Below, piece by piece: positions 1 through 9,424 of a DNA stretch of 64,000 nucleotides (within the stretch, counting starts at the first letter, position 1; each line of letters begins with the position of its first letter). Origin of the DNA: a virus (Duplodnaviria > Heunggongvirae > Uroviricota > Caudoviricetes); IMG/VR virus record IMGVR_UViG_3300037484_000445, positions 387,926 to 451,925 of that record. One strand, written 5' to 3'. The position numbers and the translations under genes were made by a program. The notes beneath the pieces are model-generated. The model saw nothing but the letters and a program-made list of their open reading frames with translations, made no database searches and was not told the DNA's origin.

Positions 1-72
1 CAACGTACCGAGGCGGGGGTTGAGAATTTTGGTCCGGTTCATTTTTGAGGGAAAACGCTGTAACCTGGGGGA

Positions 73-108
73 CTTAAGAATCTGGGGGATTCTTCCGTAG
101 AAGGGGGT
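73..108 (+). promoter_or_regulatory. Class A promoter motif CTTAA-N18-CGTA-N9-ATG (representative of about 23 copies)
   Basis: CTTAA 73-77, CGTA 96-99, ATG 109; same geometry recurs across the window. Confidence 0.8.
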
Positions 109-485
109 ATGTCTTCTGAAAGTACGCCGGCCCAGGTTCTAATGGTCACTTTGAAGCGTGAGTTTGTGGAAGCTGGGTATCTTGAAGAGAAAGAGGGAGG
201 GGCATGGGTTTTGACGGAAGCTGGGAGGGCCTACCTTGATGGGTATGAGGCACGGCATCCGAAGTTGAAGCTTGAGGACTTAGGGGGAATCGTTCGGGAG
301 TTTGAAGCTCTTGGTGTTGAAGCTTGGGGGATGCGAGCCGGGTCGAGGTATGGTTGAAGCTTCGGGGGAAGACGGTCGAGGTTGTACGGTATGTGAGCCG
401 TGTTCTGACACCTGGGTTTCCGAAGGAGCTTGTCGAGGACATGAGGGCGGAGCTAGCCCAGAGGGAAGCTCCTCAGACGACCTAG
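109..485 (+). CDS. Hypothetical protein with winged-helix-like N-terminus; probable frameshift at G5 run 326-330
   Basis: ORF 109-357 (GYL...WVLTEAGRAYL); -1 frame continues DASRVEVWLKLRG... to TAG 485. Confidence 0.55.
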
Positions 486-651
486 GGATGGCCTTTGGGC
501 GCTTCTTCCAAGGGGGGCGGGGTATTGGTGTGGGTCCTGACCCAGAACGGCTTTGGGGGTGGCTTCTAGGCTTGGGGGAGGGCTATTGACGTTGTGGGCT
601 GGCGGGGTCTGTCCTCAAATTTCCTATGGATCGACATTTTGAGGGCAAACC

Positions 652-667
652 GGTGTAACTCAGAGGG
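652..667 (+). promoter_or_regulatory. Class B promoter motif GGTGTA-N10-ATG (representative of about 25 copies)
   Basis: GGTGTA 652-657, ATG 668; recurs 9-12 nt before many starts. Confidence 0.8.
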
Positions 668-1006
668 ATGTCGAAGCCGTGGAATGCTGGGCGTGAGAGT
701 GCTGATGACCTTCTCGACCCTTTGGTAGGGATTTTGAAGTACGTGGGGGCACATCCGGAGGTGAGACCGGAGGACATTGTGAACCTATTGGCCGAGACGA
801 AGGCTGAGCCGATGCCATTTGGGGCGAGAGGCACATCGTTCACGATGGAGGAGTGGTTGGAGCACGACCCGCGAGCTGAGGAGTACTCGATACGGTTGTT
901 TTTGCGGGCGTTTCGTTATGGTGTTGAGCAGGGGCGGCGGATGGCGATACAGCGACTATCGGATGGTGGAGCAGTGGGGTTCATGCGGGACGCTGAGGGT
1001 CTTTAG
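668..1006 (+). CDS. Hypothetical protein
   Basis: 112 aa ORF directly after class B motif. Confidence 0.75.
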   Translation: MSKPWNAGRESADDLLDPLVGILKYVGAHPEVRPEDIVNLLAETKAEPMPFGARGTSFTMEEWLEHDPRAEEYSIRLFLRAFRYGVEQGRRMAIQRLSDGGAVGFMRDAEGL

Positions 1007-1014
1007 TTTCTGGC

Positions 1015-1626
1015 CTAATTCGCCCTAGCCTCATCTGATGTTCCAGGCTCCATGGTTAGTTCCTCTGTTTGAGTGTTGAAGTTCATGCAGAGGTTGGCCC
1101 TATCTATAAACACGTAAACTCTACAGGGTCTGTTGGATGTTAGCCACTGTGCTGCCGGTGCATCAATGTTCTTCAAAGTCCTAGCGAGCCGCTTTGCCCT
1201 TTGTCTGGAGATTACGAAGTGATCCGCTACCCCGTCCCATCCAAGTTCTTTGAGGAGGCGGTGTGCTATTGGGTGTGGGTTTCGAACAAGTGCTGGTAGT
1301 TCCCCCTTGAGCATGTGCTCGGCGAGCCATTCAGCATTAGGTGTTACTACGAATTCGTGAAACTCTTTGAATTTGCGTGCTATTGTAGCGGTCGTTTCTG
1401 GATCAGGTATATTCATTTGGGTATCCTTGGTGAGGGTCTTCAACTTCTGGAGTTCGGTGACCAGTTTTCTGGCGGCGGTGACGGCCATTTTGCTATCGGC
1501 TTCGGAGAGGTTCTCGTAGAGATAGTTGGCTCCGGTGCCGTCGAGGTCGTTCTCGAGGGTAGCGATCAAGGAATCGAGGACGTAGTCCCGAGCGGCTCTT
1601 TGGCTGGTGAGTTGACGTTTGGGCAT
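1015..1626 (-). CDS. Hypothetical protein (possibly two genes; internal AAGGA-ATG at MNIPDPE)
   Basis: 203 aa ORF in a minus-strand gene run. Confidence 0.65.
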   Translation of the reverse strand: MPKRQLTSQRAARDYVLDSLIATLENDLDGTGANYLYENLSEADSKMAVTAARKLVTELQKLKTLTKDTQMNIPDPETTATIARKFKEFHEFVVTPNAEWLAEHMLKGELPALVRNPHPIAHRLLKELGWDGVADHFVISRQRAKRLARTLKNIDAPAAQWLTSNRPCRVYVFIDRANLCMNFNTQTEELTMEPGTSDEARAN

Positions 1627-1663
1627 TTGTACTCAGCACACACGGCCCTTGAGGGAGCTGTCT

Positions 1664-1957
1664 TTAGGCACGCTTCAGTTGCTCTTTGAGGGAGCAGGCT
1701 AGATAGTTGATCTGGTTGACTCGGCGTTGGGCCTCTTTCAAGGCTTCATTCAGTCGAACTGACTCTTGCTTCAGTGTCTTGATATGTCGACGGAGACAGG
1801 CGGCTCTATTCTTTGAGAGAGCTCTCTTTGTCCTATACGTGAATTTGTATTTTCGTGGAACTGAGACTTGAACTACGGTCCCACTTCCATTCAAACGATG
1901 ACATTTGACAAACACGGCTTTCCCATCTAGGACTAGCCAACCAGTGATAAGTTCCAT
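1664..1957 (-). CDS. Hypothetical protein with C-terminal coiled coil
   Basis: GAGG RBS before ATG 1957 (MELITGW). Confidence 0.65.
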   Translation of the reverse strand: MELITGWLVLDGKAVFVKCHRLNGSGTVVQVSVPRKYKFTYRTKRALSKNRAACLRRHIKTLKQESVRLNEALKEAQRRVNQINYLACSLKEQLKRA

Positions 1958-1980
1958 CTTTACCTCGAGAATTGATAGCT

Positions 1981-2304
1981 TCAAGGAGCTTTCGGATGTT
2001 TGCAGTCTGGGCGATGGCCGTTGGACTGAGTGGCCCCGCACATGTGGCAGACTGGTTCTTTTCCGACGCGTGGGATCCATTCGGGAGGGAAGCGTCGGAT
2101 GTTGGGGGTTTTGAAGTAGCTGGCGTAGCGCCACTGGACTTGGTTACCGTTCCAGGAGATGAGGGCCCGGCCTTGCTCGACGTTGACTTCGAAGACCTTG
2201 ATGGGCAGGACACGCAGGACTTTCACTGTCGTGTTGCCCATGGGGATTTTCGAGCAATCGTAGAGGGTGTCTTCGGGTTTGAGGATATTGAACGCTACGG
2301 ACAT
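1981..2304 (-). CDS. Hypothetical protein with C-terminal CxxC...HxxxC zinc site
   Basis: Class A motif 2313-2339, 8 nt before ATG. Confidence 0.75.
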   Translation of the reverse strand: MSVAFNILKPEDTLYDCSKIPMGNTTVKVLRVLPIKVFEVNVEQGRALISWNGNQVQWRYASYFKTPNIRRFPPEWIPRVGKEPVCHMCGATQSNGHRPDCKHPKAP

Positions 2305-2334
2305 GGTGACAATACGTAGGAGTTGTGCGGGAGG

Positions 2335-3105
2335 TTAAGGAAGGCCGATAGCTCTTCGGTGTTCTGGGCCGAGGAGCGATTCTTGGCCGCACCGGTTGCA
2401 AGAGCCCATTGAGAGGACGGCATGTGTGAGTTCCTCGTTGGAGCTATTGACGGTGCCGATGGGGAAGCAGAAGCGGCTTTCTCCGGCGGTGATGGTACCG
2501 TCGTGTGACACTGCGGGTGAGCAGAAGCCTGACTTCCCTAGGGCGCCGCGGATCCGAAGCATTCTGATGGCTTCCGGGACCGAGTTGAAGTACCGAACCA
2601 TGGATCGGAAGTTGAAGGAGCTGGGGCTTATTCTCGGATTCAGCCCTTTTGGGTCGAAGTTTGGTTTTGCGGCCCGACCGATTGTAGACAACAGAGTGAG
2701 GTTATCGACGTAGTGGACCCTTGGGTGTTTGAAGTGCGGTGGCTTCCTAGGGTAATACCGTGCGTCGTTGGTGACTTGGATCGTGACCTTCCAATCGTCT
2801 CGAAGAAGAGCGTCCCGGAGGGGTTCATTGTCGAGCCAGAGGCCGTGGGTTAGGATCATGACGATCCACTTACGGTCGACCACTTGCTTGACCATCTCGA
2901 GGATTTCTGGATTATCGGTGCATTCCCCGCCGGAGAGGAGGACCATCGTGGGGATCCCTGCCTTGAGGGCTTTGCACTCGGCTCTTTCGGTGAAGTCCAG
3001 GGCCTTTTGGAAGAGGGACAGATCCATGTGGGATCCGGCGGGGAGGGCGTCCTCGAGGCAGTGGCTACAGCCCATTTTGCAGGCGTTTGTGACTTTGATA
3101 AGCAT
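2335..3105 (-). CDS. Radical SAM protein
   Basis: N-terminal CxxxCxxC (CKMGCSHC), SGGE motif, C-terminal Cys cluster. Confidence 0.9.
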   Translation of the reverse strand: MLIKVTNACKMGCSHCLEDALPAGSHMDLSLFQKALDFTERAECKALKAGIPTMVLLSGGECTDNPEILEMVKQVVDRKWIVMILTHGLWLDNEPLRDALLRDDWKVTIQVTNDARYYPRKPPHFKHPRVHYVDNLTLLSTIGRAAKPNFDPKGLNPRISPSSFNFRSMVRYFNSVPEAIRMLRIRGALGKSGFCSPAVSHDGTITAGESRFCFPIGTVNSSNEELTHAVLSMGSCNRCGQESLLGPEHRRAIGLP

Positions 3106-3641
3106 TATTGCTTAGCTCTCCACCAAATCCACTGTTGTTTCTCGGCGTTTGTGCCGTCGGTCACTTCGAAGCCGGCCAATTCGAGGGCCTTCTTAGCCCG
3201 AGGGAAGTTGGCTTGGGCGATAGGGGCGACCTTCCATCCTGGTTTGAACACGTCCAAACCTACAGGTGTCAGCGCATCGTCCTCGATGGTTTTCGGATCG
3301 ATACCCAGGAAGGCGAAGTCGATGTCGGCGTTGAAGGGTGCTGTGATCTCTGGGCTCAGGTTGCAGAGGGCCTCAAGGAGTATTCTTGCGGCGAAGTTGA
3401 TGGCTTCTTTCTTGGCTACTTCGAGATCGTAGAAACGCCTACTATTGCAGAACACGCCGAAAGAGATTTTGTAGTAGGTTTGGTCTTCGGGCTTCCCCCA
3501 AATAGAAGGCCCGTATTCTCGGACGGTGATTTGGTAAACAGCAGGGCCACCATTGGGTGGGATCAGATCCACGTAATGAAAAGAGTCGTCGACCTTCCAA
3601 ACGAGGTTCGTGCCGGCGAGAAGGGTAGTCAGGTCCATCAA
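3105..3641 (-). CDS. Hypothetical protein
   Basis: 178 aa ORF overlapping both neighbours. Confidence 0.7.
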   Translation of the reverse strand: MMDLTTLLAGTNLVWKVDDSFHYVDLIPPNGGPAVYQITVREYGPSIWGKPEDQTYYKISFGVFCNSRRFYDLEVAKKEAINFAARILLEALCNLSPEITAPFNADIDFAFLGIDPKTIEDDALTPVGLDVFKPGWKVAPIAQANFPRAKKALELAGFEVTDGTNAEKQQWIWWRAKQ

Positions 3642-4099
3642 AGTGTTTCCGTGTAGGTGACGTAGGGGAAGGCGACGAAGCCTTCGGGGAGGATTTCGAC
3701 CCAGTTGATGGCGTCTATCAATTCCTTACGATTTTTCTCGGTGGTATGCCGGAGAACTTGAGCCATGATGTCGCCGAGGTCACCGTGGACGACGAGGTCA
3801 CCACGCTTTGCTGAGTTGCCGTTGCCGGCTGAGCACTCGAACAAGCTCTCGAGGATTGTCTGCAGGATATGCCGCTTGGGTAAAGCAGTTCGAATGGTTT
3901 CGAGCATATCGGCGTCGAATAGGAGCTTCAGTTGGGTCTCTTGGGCTACGATGATGTTCTTGAGGGCCACCACTTTATCTGGGATCCCAGTATCGGTCTC
4001 TGGAATGCGGGCCAGTTCGTCTCGATTGGCTTCGATTCTACGAAGGACCATTTGGATGCACTTGATTGGCACGGTGAGGGAGGCGTTGTCGTCTGGCAT
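3638..4099 (-). CDS. Hypothetical protein
   Basis: Class A motif 4109-4135, 9 nt before ATG. Confidence 0.75.
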   Translation of the reverse strand: MPDDNASLTVPIKCIQMVLRRIEANRDELARIPETDTGIPDKVVALKNIIVAQETQLKLLFDADMLETIRTALPKRHILQTILESLFECSAGNGNSAKRGDLVVHGDLGDIMAQVLRHTTEKNRKELIDAINWVEILPEGFVAFPYVTYTETL

Positions 4100-4278
4100 A
4101 GTGGTTAGTACGTCCGGTATGGCCGAAAGGTTAAGGGTTTCGATGGACGGGGTACCGCTCTAGGGACGCCACCTGACCGCCGCCATCCTCGACCAGGTCA
4201 CCACGGCCAGGGCTCCACTTCCCACACATTTGATCCGAGTATGTTGAAGGAAATTCTCGACGGTGTATAGTCTGGGAC

Positions 4279-4812
4279 ATGATTAGAGGACAGCTGACCG
4301 TGTTATCTGGACCGATGTTTGCTGGGAAGACGGACACGCTCATCACGATGGCTAGTGCCGTACCTGACGGTGACCGGCGAGTTTACTACCCGGAGATCGA
4401 CACACGATACGAAGCTGGTTATGTGACGGCACACAACGGTCGCAAGATCTTGGCTGAACCTGTAGATCTTCAGCTCTCTCGAGTAGTAGCGGCTCAGAAT
4501 GTCTTCATCGACGAGGCTCAATTCCTTACGGACTTGGAGGCTTTGGAGCGGGTCATGAAGATAGTACGAGGGGGTTCAAATGTCATCGTAGCCGGGCTCG
4601 ATTTGGACTACGCAGAGAAGCCATTTGGGTTGATGGGTGAGTTTATGGTACGATCAAACAAGGTCCTGAAGATCACAGGAACTTGTTCTCACTGTGGGGC
4701 TCCTTCGACCCGAACATACCGCAAGACTTCCGGGATAAGTGATGTTGTGTTAATAGGTGGAAGTGAGTGGTACGAGCCTCGGTGTCTCGATTGTTACCTT
4801 TCTGGTAAGTGA
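4279..4812 (+). CDS. tdk: Thymidine kinase
   Basis: GPMFAGKT P-loop, IDEAQF, AGLDLDY...PF, CxxC and YEPRC zinc ligands. Confidence 0.97.
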   Translation: MIRGQLTVLSGPMFAGKTDTLITMASAVPDGDRRVYYPEIDTRYEAGYVTAHNGRKILAEPVDLQLSRVVAAQNVFIDEAQFLTDLEALERVMKIVRGGSNVIVAGLDLDYAEKPFGLMGEFMVRSNKVLKITGTCSHCGAPSTRTYRKTSGISDVVLIGGSEWYEPRCLDCYLSGK

Positions 4813-4821
4813 AAGGTCCTA

Positions 4822-4974
4822 ATGATTTGGAGAGTTTGGGCTAAGGCCTTAGGGCAAAAGGATGGGCGAAACGATCGAGAAGCGGATGCAATTGCACTCA
4901 TCCGGACGACGCTTGTTCTTCTGGCCATGGTGACCAACATCATGATAATCGCTGGCATTATTCGTCACTGGTGA
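4822..4974 (+). CDS. Small phage membrane protein (50 aa, not in ORF track)
   Basis: MIWRVWAKALGQKDGRNDREADAIALIRT plus hydrophobic tail ending IIRHW; AAGG RBS. Confidence 0.75.
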   Translation: MIWRVWAKALGQKDGRNDREADAIALIRTTLVLLAMVTNIMIIAGIIRHW

Positions 4975-5019
4975 AGCCAGGCCCTTAAGATTCTACTGGG
5001 CCGACGCGTATAGGAACTC

Positions 5020-5226
5020 ATGCTTGTCCTCAAGTGCTGGAACTACCGGATGATCCAGGACGGTCCCCGCTCGTACTACACGATGCGGTGGGAGTTTGGA
5101 CGTTGGTGGCGTGAGAGTCCGACGGAGCTTTTGGACACCTATCCGAAAACCACGGAAGAGTCTATGCGTGAGGATTGGGCTGCAATCGTGGGAGAACCCC
5201 CTGAAGAATGCCGGCTAGATGCATGA
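5020..5226 (+). CDS. Hypothetical protein
   Basis: Class A motif 4984-5010, 9 nt before ATG. Confidence 0.75.
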   Translation: MLVLKCWNYRMIQDGPRSYYTMRWEFGRWWRESPTELLDTYPKTTEESMREDWAAIVGEPPEECRLDA

Positions 5227-5785
5227 TCGAGACATCCGGCAATGCCTCCGGCGTGAGCTCGCCCTGAAGAGCCCCCGTGGGACGGTCATTGTGGACGAGG
5301 TGGGGATCTGCCAAGGAACGGTCCGGATTGACGTGGCCGCGGTCAATGAGAGCTTCTATGGCTATGAGCTCAAGTCGGCGGCGGACTCAATAAAGCGGCT
5401 GGACAACCAGGTCGAGGTTTACAGCAAGGTCCTGGATTATGCCTCCGTTGTAGTTTCGCAGAACCATTTGGTTGGGGCTACGGAGAAGGTTCGCTCCTTC
5501 TGGGGGATTTACCTCGTAGTCGAGCGTGAAGGGGCTTTAGACGTCGAGACCGTCCGGGAGCCGTCCCTCAATGGGTCCCTTGAGGTCAGGGCCTTAGCCG
5601 AGCTCCTGTGGCACGAGGAGACGCTCAAGCTTCTTGAGGAACGAGGCGCCCTTCGAGGGGTGAAGAGCAAGCCCCGGCGGTTTGCTTGGGATCGCCTCGT
5701 TGAGGTTTACTCCCTCGATGAGATCCGTGAGGCGGTTCGAAAAAAGATCCGACGCCGTCGGAAGACGGTACTGCGGGTCAAGTAG
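5219..5785 (+). CDS. sce7726-family PD-(D/E)xK nuclease-like protein
   Basis: DxDIR, IVDE, RIDVAAVN, GYELKSAADSIKRL..QV..Y pattern. Confidence 0.85.
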   Translation: MHDRDIRQCLRRELALKSPRGTVIVDEVGICQGTVRIDVAAVNESFYGYELKSAADSIKRLDNQVEVYSKVLDYASVVVSQNHLVGATEKVRSFWGIYLVVEREGALDVETVREPSLNGSLEVRALAELLWHEETLKLLEERGALRGVKSKPRRFAWDRLVEVYSLDEIREAVRKKIRRRRKTVLRVK

Positions 5786-5809
5786 TCTATCTATGGGCTA
5801 ATCTAGGGT

Positions 5810-6202
5810 ATGAGCTCAGCGAAGCGTGTAGCGGCCCGGTACGCCGCCTCCAAAGGTGATAGGGACCGTAGCACGGGTCAATACATTCATTCCCGGTGGA
5901 GCCGGAAGTGTAAGCTTTGCGGGCATCCGGTAGGTGTTCATTCCGGGGAAAAGAGCGAGGGGACTCGTCCTTGTTTCCACGCGGATACCTACCACAACGA
6001 TGACGCTTGCGAGTGTCCCGTATTCACGTCGTCACCGAACTTCATGACGGATGAGGACTACGAGCGATACTATGCAGGGAAGTTCGACGCCAAAGAACTA
6101 CGAGAGCTCCGTGCCGAGGGAGCTAAGTCGGACGCGGAGCTCAAGAAGATGGGGGAAGACATTTACAAGAAGTACTGGGAAAAGCGAGAGAAGAAGCGTT
6201 AG
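5810..6202 (+). CDS. Putative virion-internal protein with RVAARY tag and CxxCxH...C zinc site
   Basis: MSSAKRVAARYAASK; CTAT motif 15 nt upstream. Confidence 0.6.
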   Translation: MSSAKRVAARYAASKGDRDRSTGQYIHSRWSRKCKLCGHPVGVHSGEKSEGTRPCFHADTYHNDDACECPVFTSSPNFMTDEDYERYYAGKFDAKELRELRAEGAKSDAELKKMGEDIYKKYWEKREKKR

Positions 6203-6996
6203 GCCATGAAGTCTTCGATTTCCTGAACGGCCCTAGTAAATTCAGGGCTACGCTTCATTGCTCGATTACGTTCGAGTGGGAGTGGGGACATGAATGACTT
6301 GGTGATGTTCCCAGGATTTCGTCCCATGATGTAGATGGTGTCGCCCAAGTAAACCGCTTCAGAGATATCGTGGGTCACCATGATGATAGTGGGGGTGATG
6401 CTAAGCCAGATCTTCGCCAACAGATCTTGCATTTGCGTGCGAGTTTCTATATCCAAAGCGCCAAAGGGTTCGTCCATGAGCAAGACTTTGCTCTCATAGG
6501 CCAGGCTTCTGGCTATGGCTACTCTTTGGAGTTGGCCACCGCTGAGATTGGGGTACTTGGCGAATTTATCCTCATGCCCTTCTAAGCCCATTTTTACGAT
6601 CATCTCCATGGACTTAGCGTCGCGTTCTTTCTTGGGTACGCCGCGGTAGCGAAGGCCTAGGCCAACATTGTCCAAGACGGTCATGTGCTCCAAGGACGAG
6701 TACTTTTGAAAGACCATGCCTATACATTCGTTAGGATGGCGTGGGCGTCCGTGGATAAGGACTTCACCTTCCGTGGGTGTTTGAAGGCCGCTGACATACC
6801 TCAAAATATGGCTCTTGCCACATCCTGAAGATCCGAGGATAACGACGAACTCGCCCTTATTTGGGAGATCCTCGATCAAGAGATTCAAATCCTCGATCAC
6901 AACCTTCTCTACCCCACCTTCCTTGTATACCTGTTTGACCCCTCGAAGTTCGATGATGTCGGGTAGATCCGTGTTGACCATTTTCACAGTTTGCAT
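6199..6996 (-). CDS. ABC transporter ATP-binding protein (NitT/TauT type)
   Basis: GSSGCGKS, LSGGQ, LLMDEPFGALD, VTHD. Confidence 0.96.
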   Translation of the reverse strand: MQTVKMVNTDLPDIIELRGVKQVYKEGGVEKVVIEDLNLLIEDLPNKGEFVVILGSSGCGKSHILRYVSGLQTPTEGEVLIHGRPRHPNECIGMVFQKYSSLEHMTVLDNVGLGLRYRGVPKKERDAKSMEMIVKMGLEGHEDKFAKYPNLSGGQLQRVAIARSLAYESKVLLMDEPFGALDIETRTQMQDLLAKIWLSITPTIIMVTHDISEAVYLGDTIYIMGRNPGNITKSFMSPLPLERNRAMKRSPEFTRAVQEIEDFMA

Positions 6997-7002
6997 ACAG
7001 CC

Positions 7003-7788
7003 TCAGGAATACTTGTAGGGGAACGACAATTTATCCAACAACTGAAACAACTTGTCTTGAAGGAACCCAATGAAGACAATAACGAACAGGAGTGCAAACA
7101 CCTTGTCGATCCGACCTTGACGGGCTGACACGAAGAGCATTCCACCAACACCTCCTGTATTGTTCACCATTTCAGCGACGATGACATAAGTCCAAGAAAT
7201 GGCCACAAGCACTCTGATATCGTTGATCAGCTGGCCAATGACGTGTGGGAAGAACACCGTCTTAAACAACTGCCACTTTGAGGCACCGAGGGTGAAGGCC
7301 GTCTGTTGGTAGACTTCAGGTACTTCTGAGACTCTTTGGACAACTACAGGCAGCAGGTACACAATGATTCCGAAGGCCAAGAATTGGATCTTCATGATAT
7401 CGTCGATCCCGAACCACGCTATGAACAACCCTGTGATAGCGGTCAAGGGAACGAATCTGATTGAGTCTACGGGTTTGTTGAACAGCCCTTGAAATAGAGG
7501 AAACATCCCAATCAGGAAGCCGATAGGAAGGCACACGGCTACAGCCTCTAAATACCCCAATCCGTTGAGGTAGACGGAATACAGGAGATTCCGTACCATA
7601 GCGTCTTGAAAATGAAGCTCGGGGATTGATTTTACAACGGTCAGGGGTGATGGGAGAAGTTGCGGTGAGACCCACCCTACCGCACTGATTAGCCACCAGA
7701 GGGTAACAAGTGAAAAGGTGCCAAGGACCTGGAGAGTCGTTGACACCTTTTCACTCAAGGCCCCCCGTACGACGAAGAGGTCTTGCAT
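7003..7788 (-). CDS. ABC transporter permease (SsuC/TauC type)
   Basis: About 6 TM segments, LPSP, EAA-like loop AFTLGAS, VAE motif; start reset to ATG 7788. Confidence 0.93.
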   Translation of the reverse strand: MQDLFVVRGALSEKVSTTLQVLGTFSLVTLWWLISAVGWVSPQLLPSPLTVVKSIPELHFQDAMVRNLLYSVYLNGLGYLEAVAVCLPIGFLIGMFPLFQGLFNKPVDSIRFVPLTAITGLFIAWFGIDDIMKIQFLAFGIIVYLLPVVVQRVSEVPEVYQQTAFTLGASKWQLFKTVFFPHVIGQLINDIRVLVAISWTYVIVAEMVNNTGGVGGMLFVSARQGRIDKVFALLFVIVFIGFLQDKLFQLLDKLSFPYKYS

Positions 7789-7793
7789 GGTTG

Positions 7794-9341
7794 TTAGTCT
7801 TCCAAAATTTGGAAGTCCGTGCGACGGTTTTTGGCCAAACAGATGGGGGTTGTTTCGTTGCACACAGGCTTATCGGGGCCATTGCCGACGGCGACGAAAC
7901 GATTCTTGTCCATTTGGTGTTGTGCCACCAAATAGTTCACGACGGCCTGGGCACGCTCTTGGCTGATCCGGCGGTTAGCTGCGAGGCTTCCCGTCGAGTC
8001 CGTGTTGCCTTCGATGCGTATACGTGAAGAAGGGAACGCCTTTGCCTGATCGACAAATAGCATGTCGATGATACCTCGAGCATTCTCATCCAAGACAGAG
8101 CTACCGCTATCAAAGGACACCTTCACGGGTTTGCTGGCTACAGCCTTAGCCTGAATGACTTTTTGAGTGGGTGCTGAGAAGGACACCTTCTTTTCAGGAG
8201 CCATACCAGTTTCCTTCTCGAGACCCAGACCTTGAATAAAGGGTATGTCGGCTATTTGACTCCAACTAAGAGGGTCCTTAGCCAGGTTCAACTTACCGTA
8301 GACTGTGGTCATCTTCTCGTAAAGATCTTTGCCTGTGACACCCTTGTATGTTGTATCCAAGCCGAAGAACTCGAGGTTGTCTCCGTACGTAGCCAGGCGG
8401 ACATTGTTGATAGCCCCAACGCAGAACTCCGAGTCAATCGACGGGCCTAGGCCTTCGGCCAGAATCTTCGCAGCTTGAGCCTTAGCCCCTTCAGATCCGT
8501 TGATTTCGGCGGATCCCTTCAACCAACCATGAACTAGTTTGGCGAGTTCGTCCTTACGCTTTTCGAACGTCGATAACTTAACCATGAAGCCGTCAGCGAT
8601 GATATGTGTTGCTTGTTTGGTGTTCACCAGGATCTTGGCTCCAGAGACGGCCTGGAGGCAAGCAGCGTCGTCGGGAGACCACACGACGGCAGCATCTACC
8701 TTGCCCGCCTTGAATGCCGTAGCGGCATCGACAGCGGAGTTTTCTTTGACCAGGGTGATATCCATGAAGGACAGTCCGGCCATATCCAACATCCACAGCA
8801 GGAAGGTGTGGCTCGGTGTGGCTTCGGCTACTGCGATCTTCTTGCCTGCCAAATCACCAACGGAGTTGATGCCGGACTTCACCACAATGGCGTCGCCGCC
8901 TCGTGACCAGTCGGCCTGAAACAGGAATTTAATGGGTTCTCCAAAGCTTCCAGACTCCGTGGGTAGAGCGTCGATGGTGACCCACATCAAGTCCATCTTC
9001 CCAGCTTTGAATGCCGCTCTACTCGCACCAAAATCATCCATTACGTGGAAGTTAACGCAAATGCCGTCCTTACGGTAACGTGAATTGGCATTGTCCTTGA
9101 AACCTGAATTCCAATACTGGCCTCCGACATACCCGCCCCAAGTAACCACACCTATCTCGAGACATTTGTTGTTTGAGGGGTTCTCTGTAGAGCCCTGGTT
9201 GCTACTCATTAGGCCTGAGACGCTTTGGGTTTTGGTTCCCTCAGGTAGGATAATAGGTCGAAGAAAGACGATTGCACAAATGATAGCTGTTGCTGCTAGC
9301 AGCATGATAGCTATCTTACCGGCGGGTTTGATTCTTGCCAT
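7794..9341 (-). CDS. Membrane-anchored NMT1/SsuA-like substrate-binding protein fused to C-terminal OmpA domain
   Basis: N-terminal TM, DWSRGGDAIV, LAGKKIAV, DAAVVWSP; FDSGS...IEGNTDSTG...N..ISQERA..V...NRR. Confidence 0.92.
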   Translation of the reverse strand: MARIKPAGKIAIMLLAATAIICAIVFLRPIILPEGTKTQSVSGLMSSNQGSTENPSNNKCLEIGVVTWGGYVGGQYWNSGFKDNANSRYRKDGICVNFHVMDDFGASRAAFKAGKMDLMWVTIDALPTESGSFGEPIKFLFQADWSRGGDAIVVKSGINSVGDLAGKKIAVAEATPSHTFLLWMLDMAGLSFMDITLVKENSAVDAATAFKAGKVDAAVVWSPDDAACLQAVSGAKILVNTKQATHIIADGFMVKLSTFEKRKDELAKLVHGWLKGSAEINGSEGAKAQAAKILAEGLGPSIDSEFCVGAINNVRLATYGDNLEFFGLDTTYKGVTGKDLYEKMTTVYGKLNLAKDPLSWSQIADIPFIQGLGLEKETGMAPEKKVSFSAPTQKVIQAKAVASKPVKVSFDSGSSVLDENARGIIDMLFVDQAKAFPSSRIRIEGNTDSTGSLAANRRISQERAQAVVNYLVAQHQMDKNRFVAVGNGPDKPVCNETTPICLAKNRRTDFQILED

Positions 9342-9424
9342 GCGTGATGGTCCTATGTGGTTGGAACGGTAGGGTGTATATACACCAAAAGCTCAGAAGA
9401 GCCAAGTTTTCTAAGGCGGTGTTG

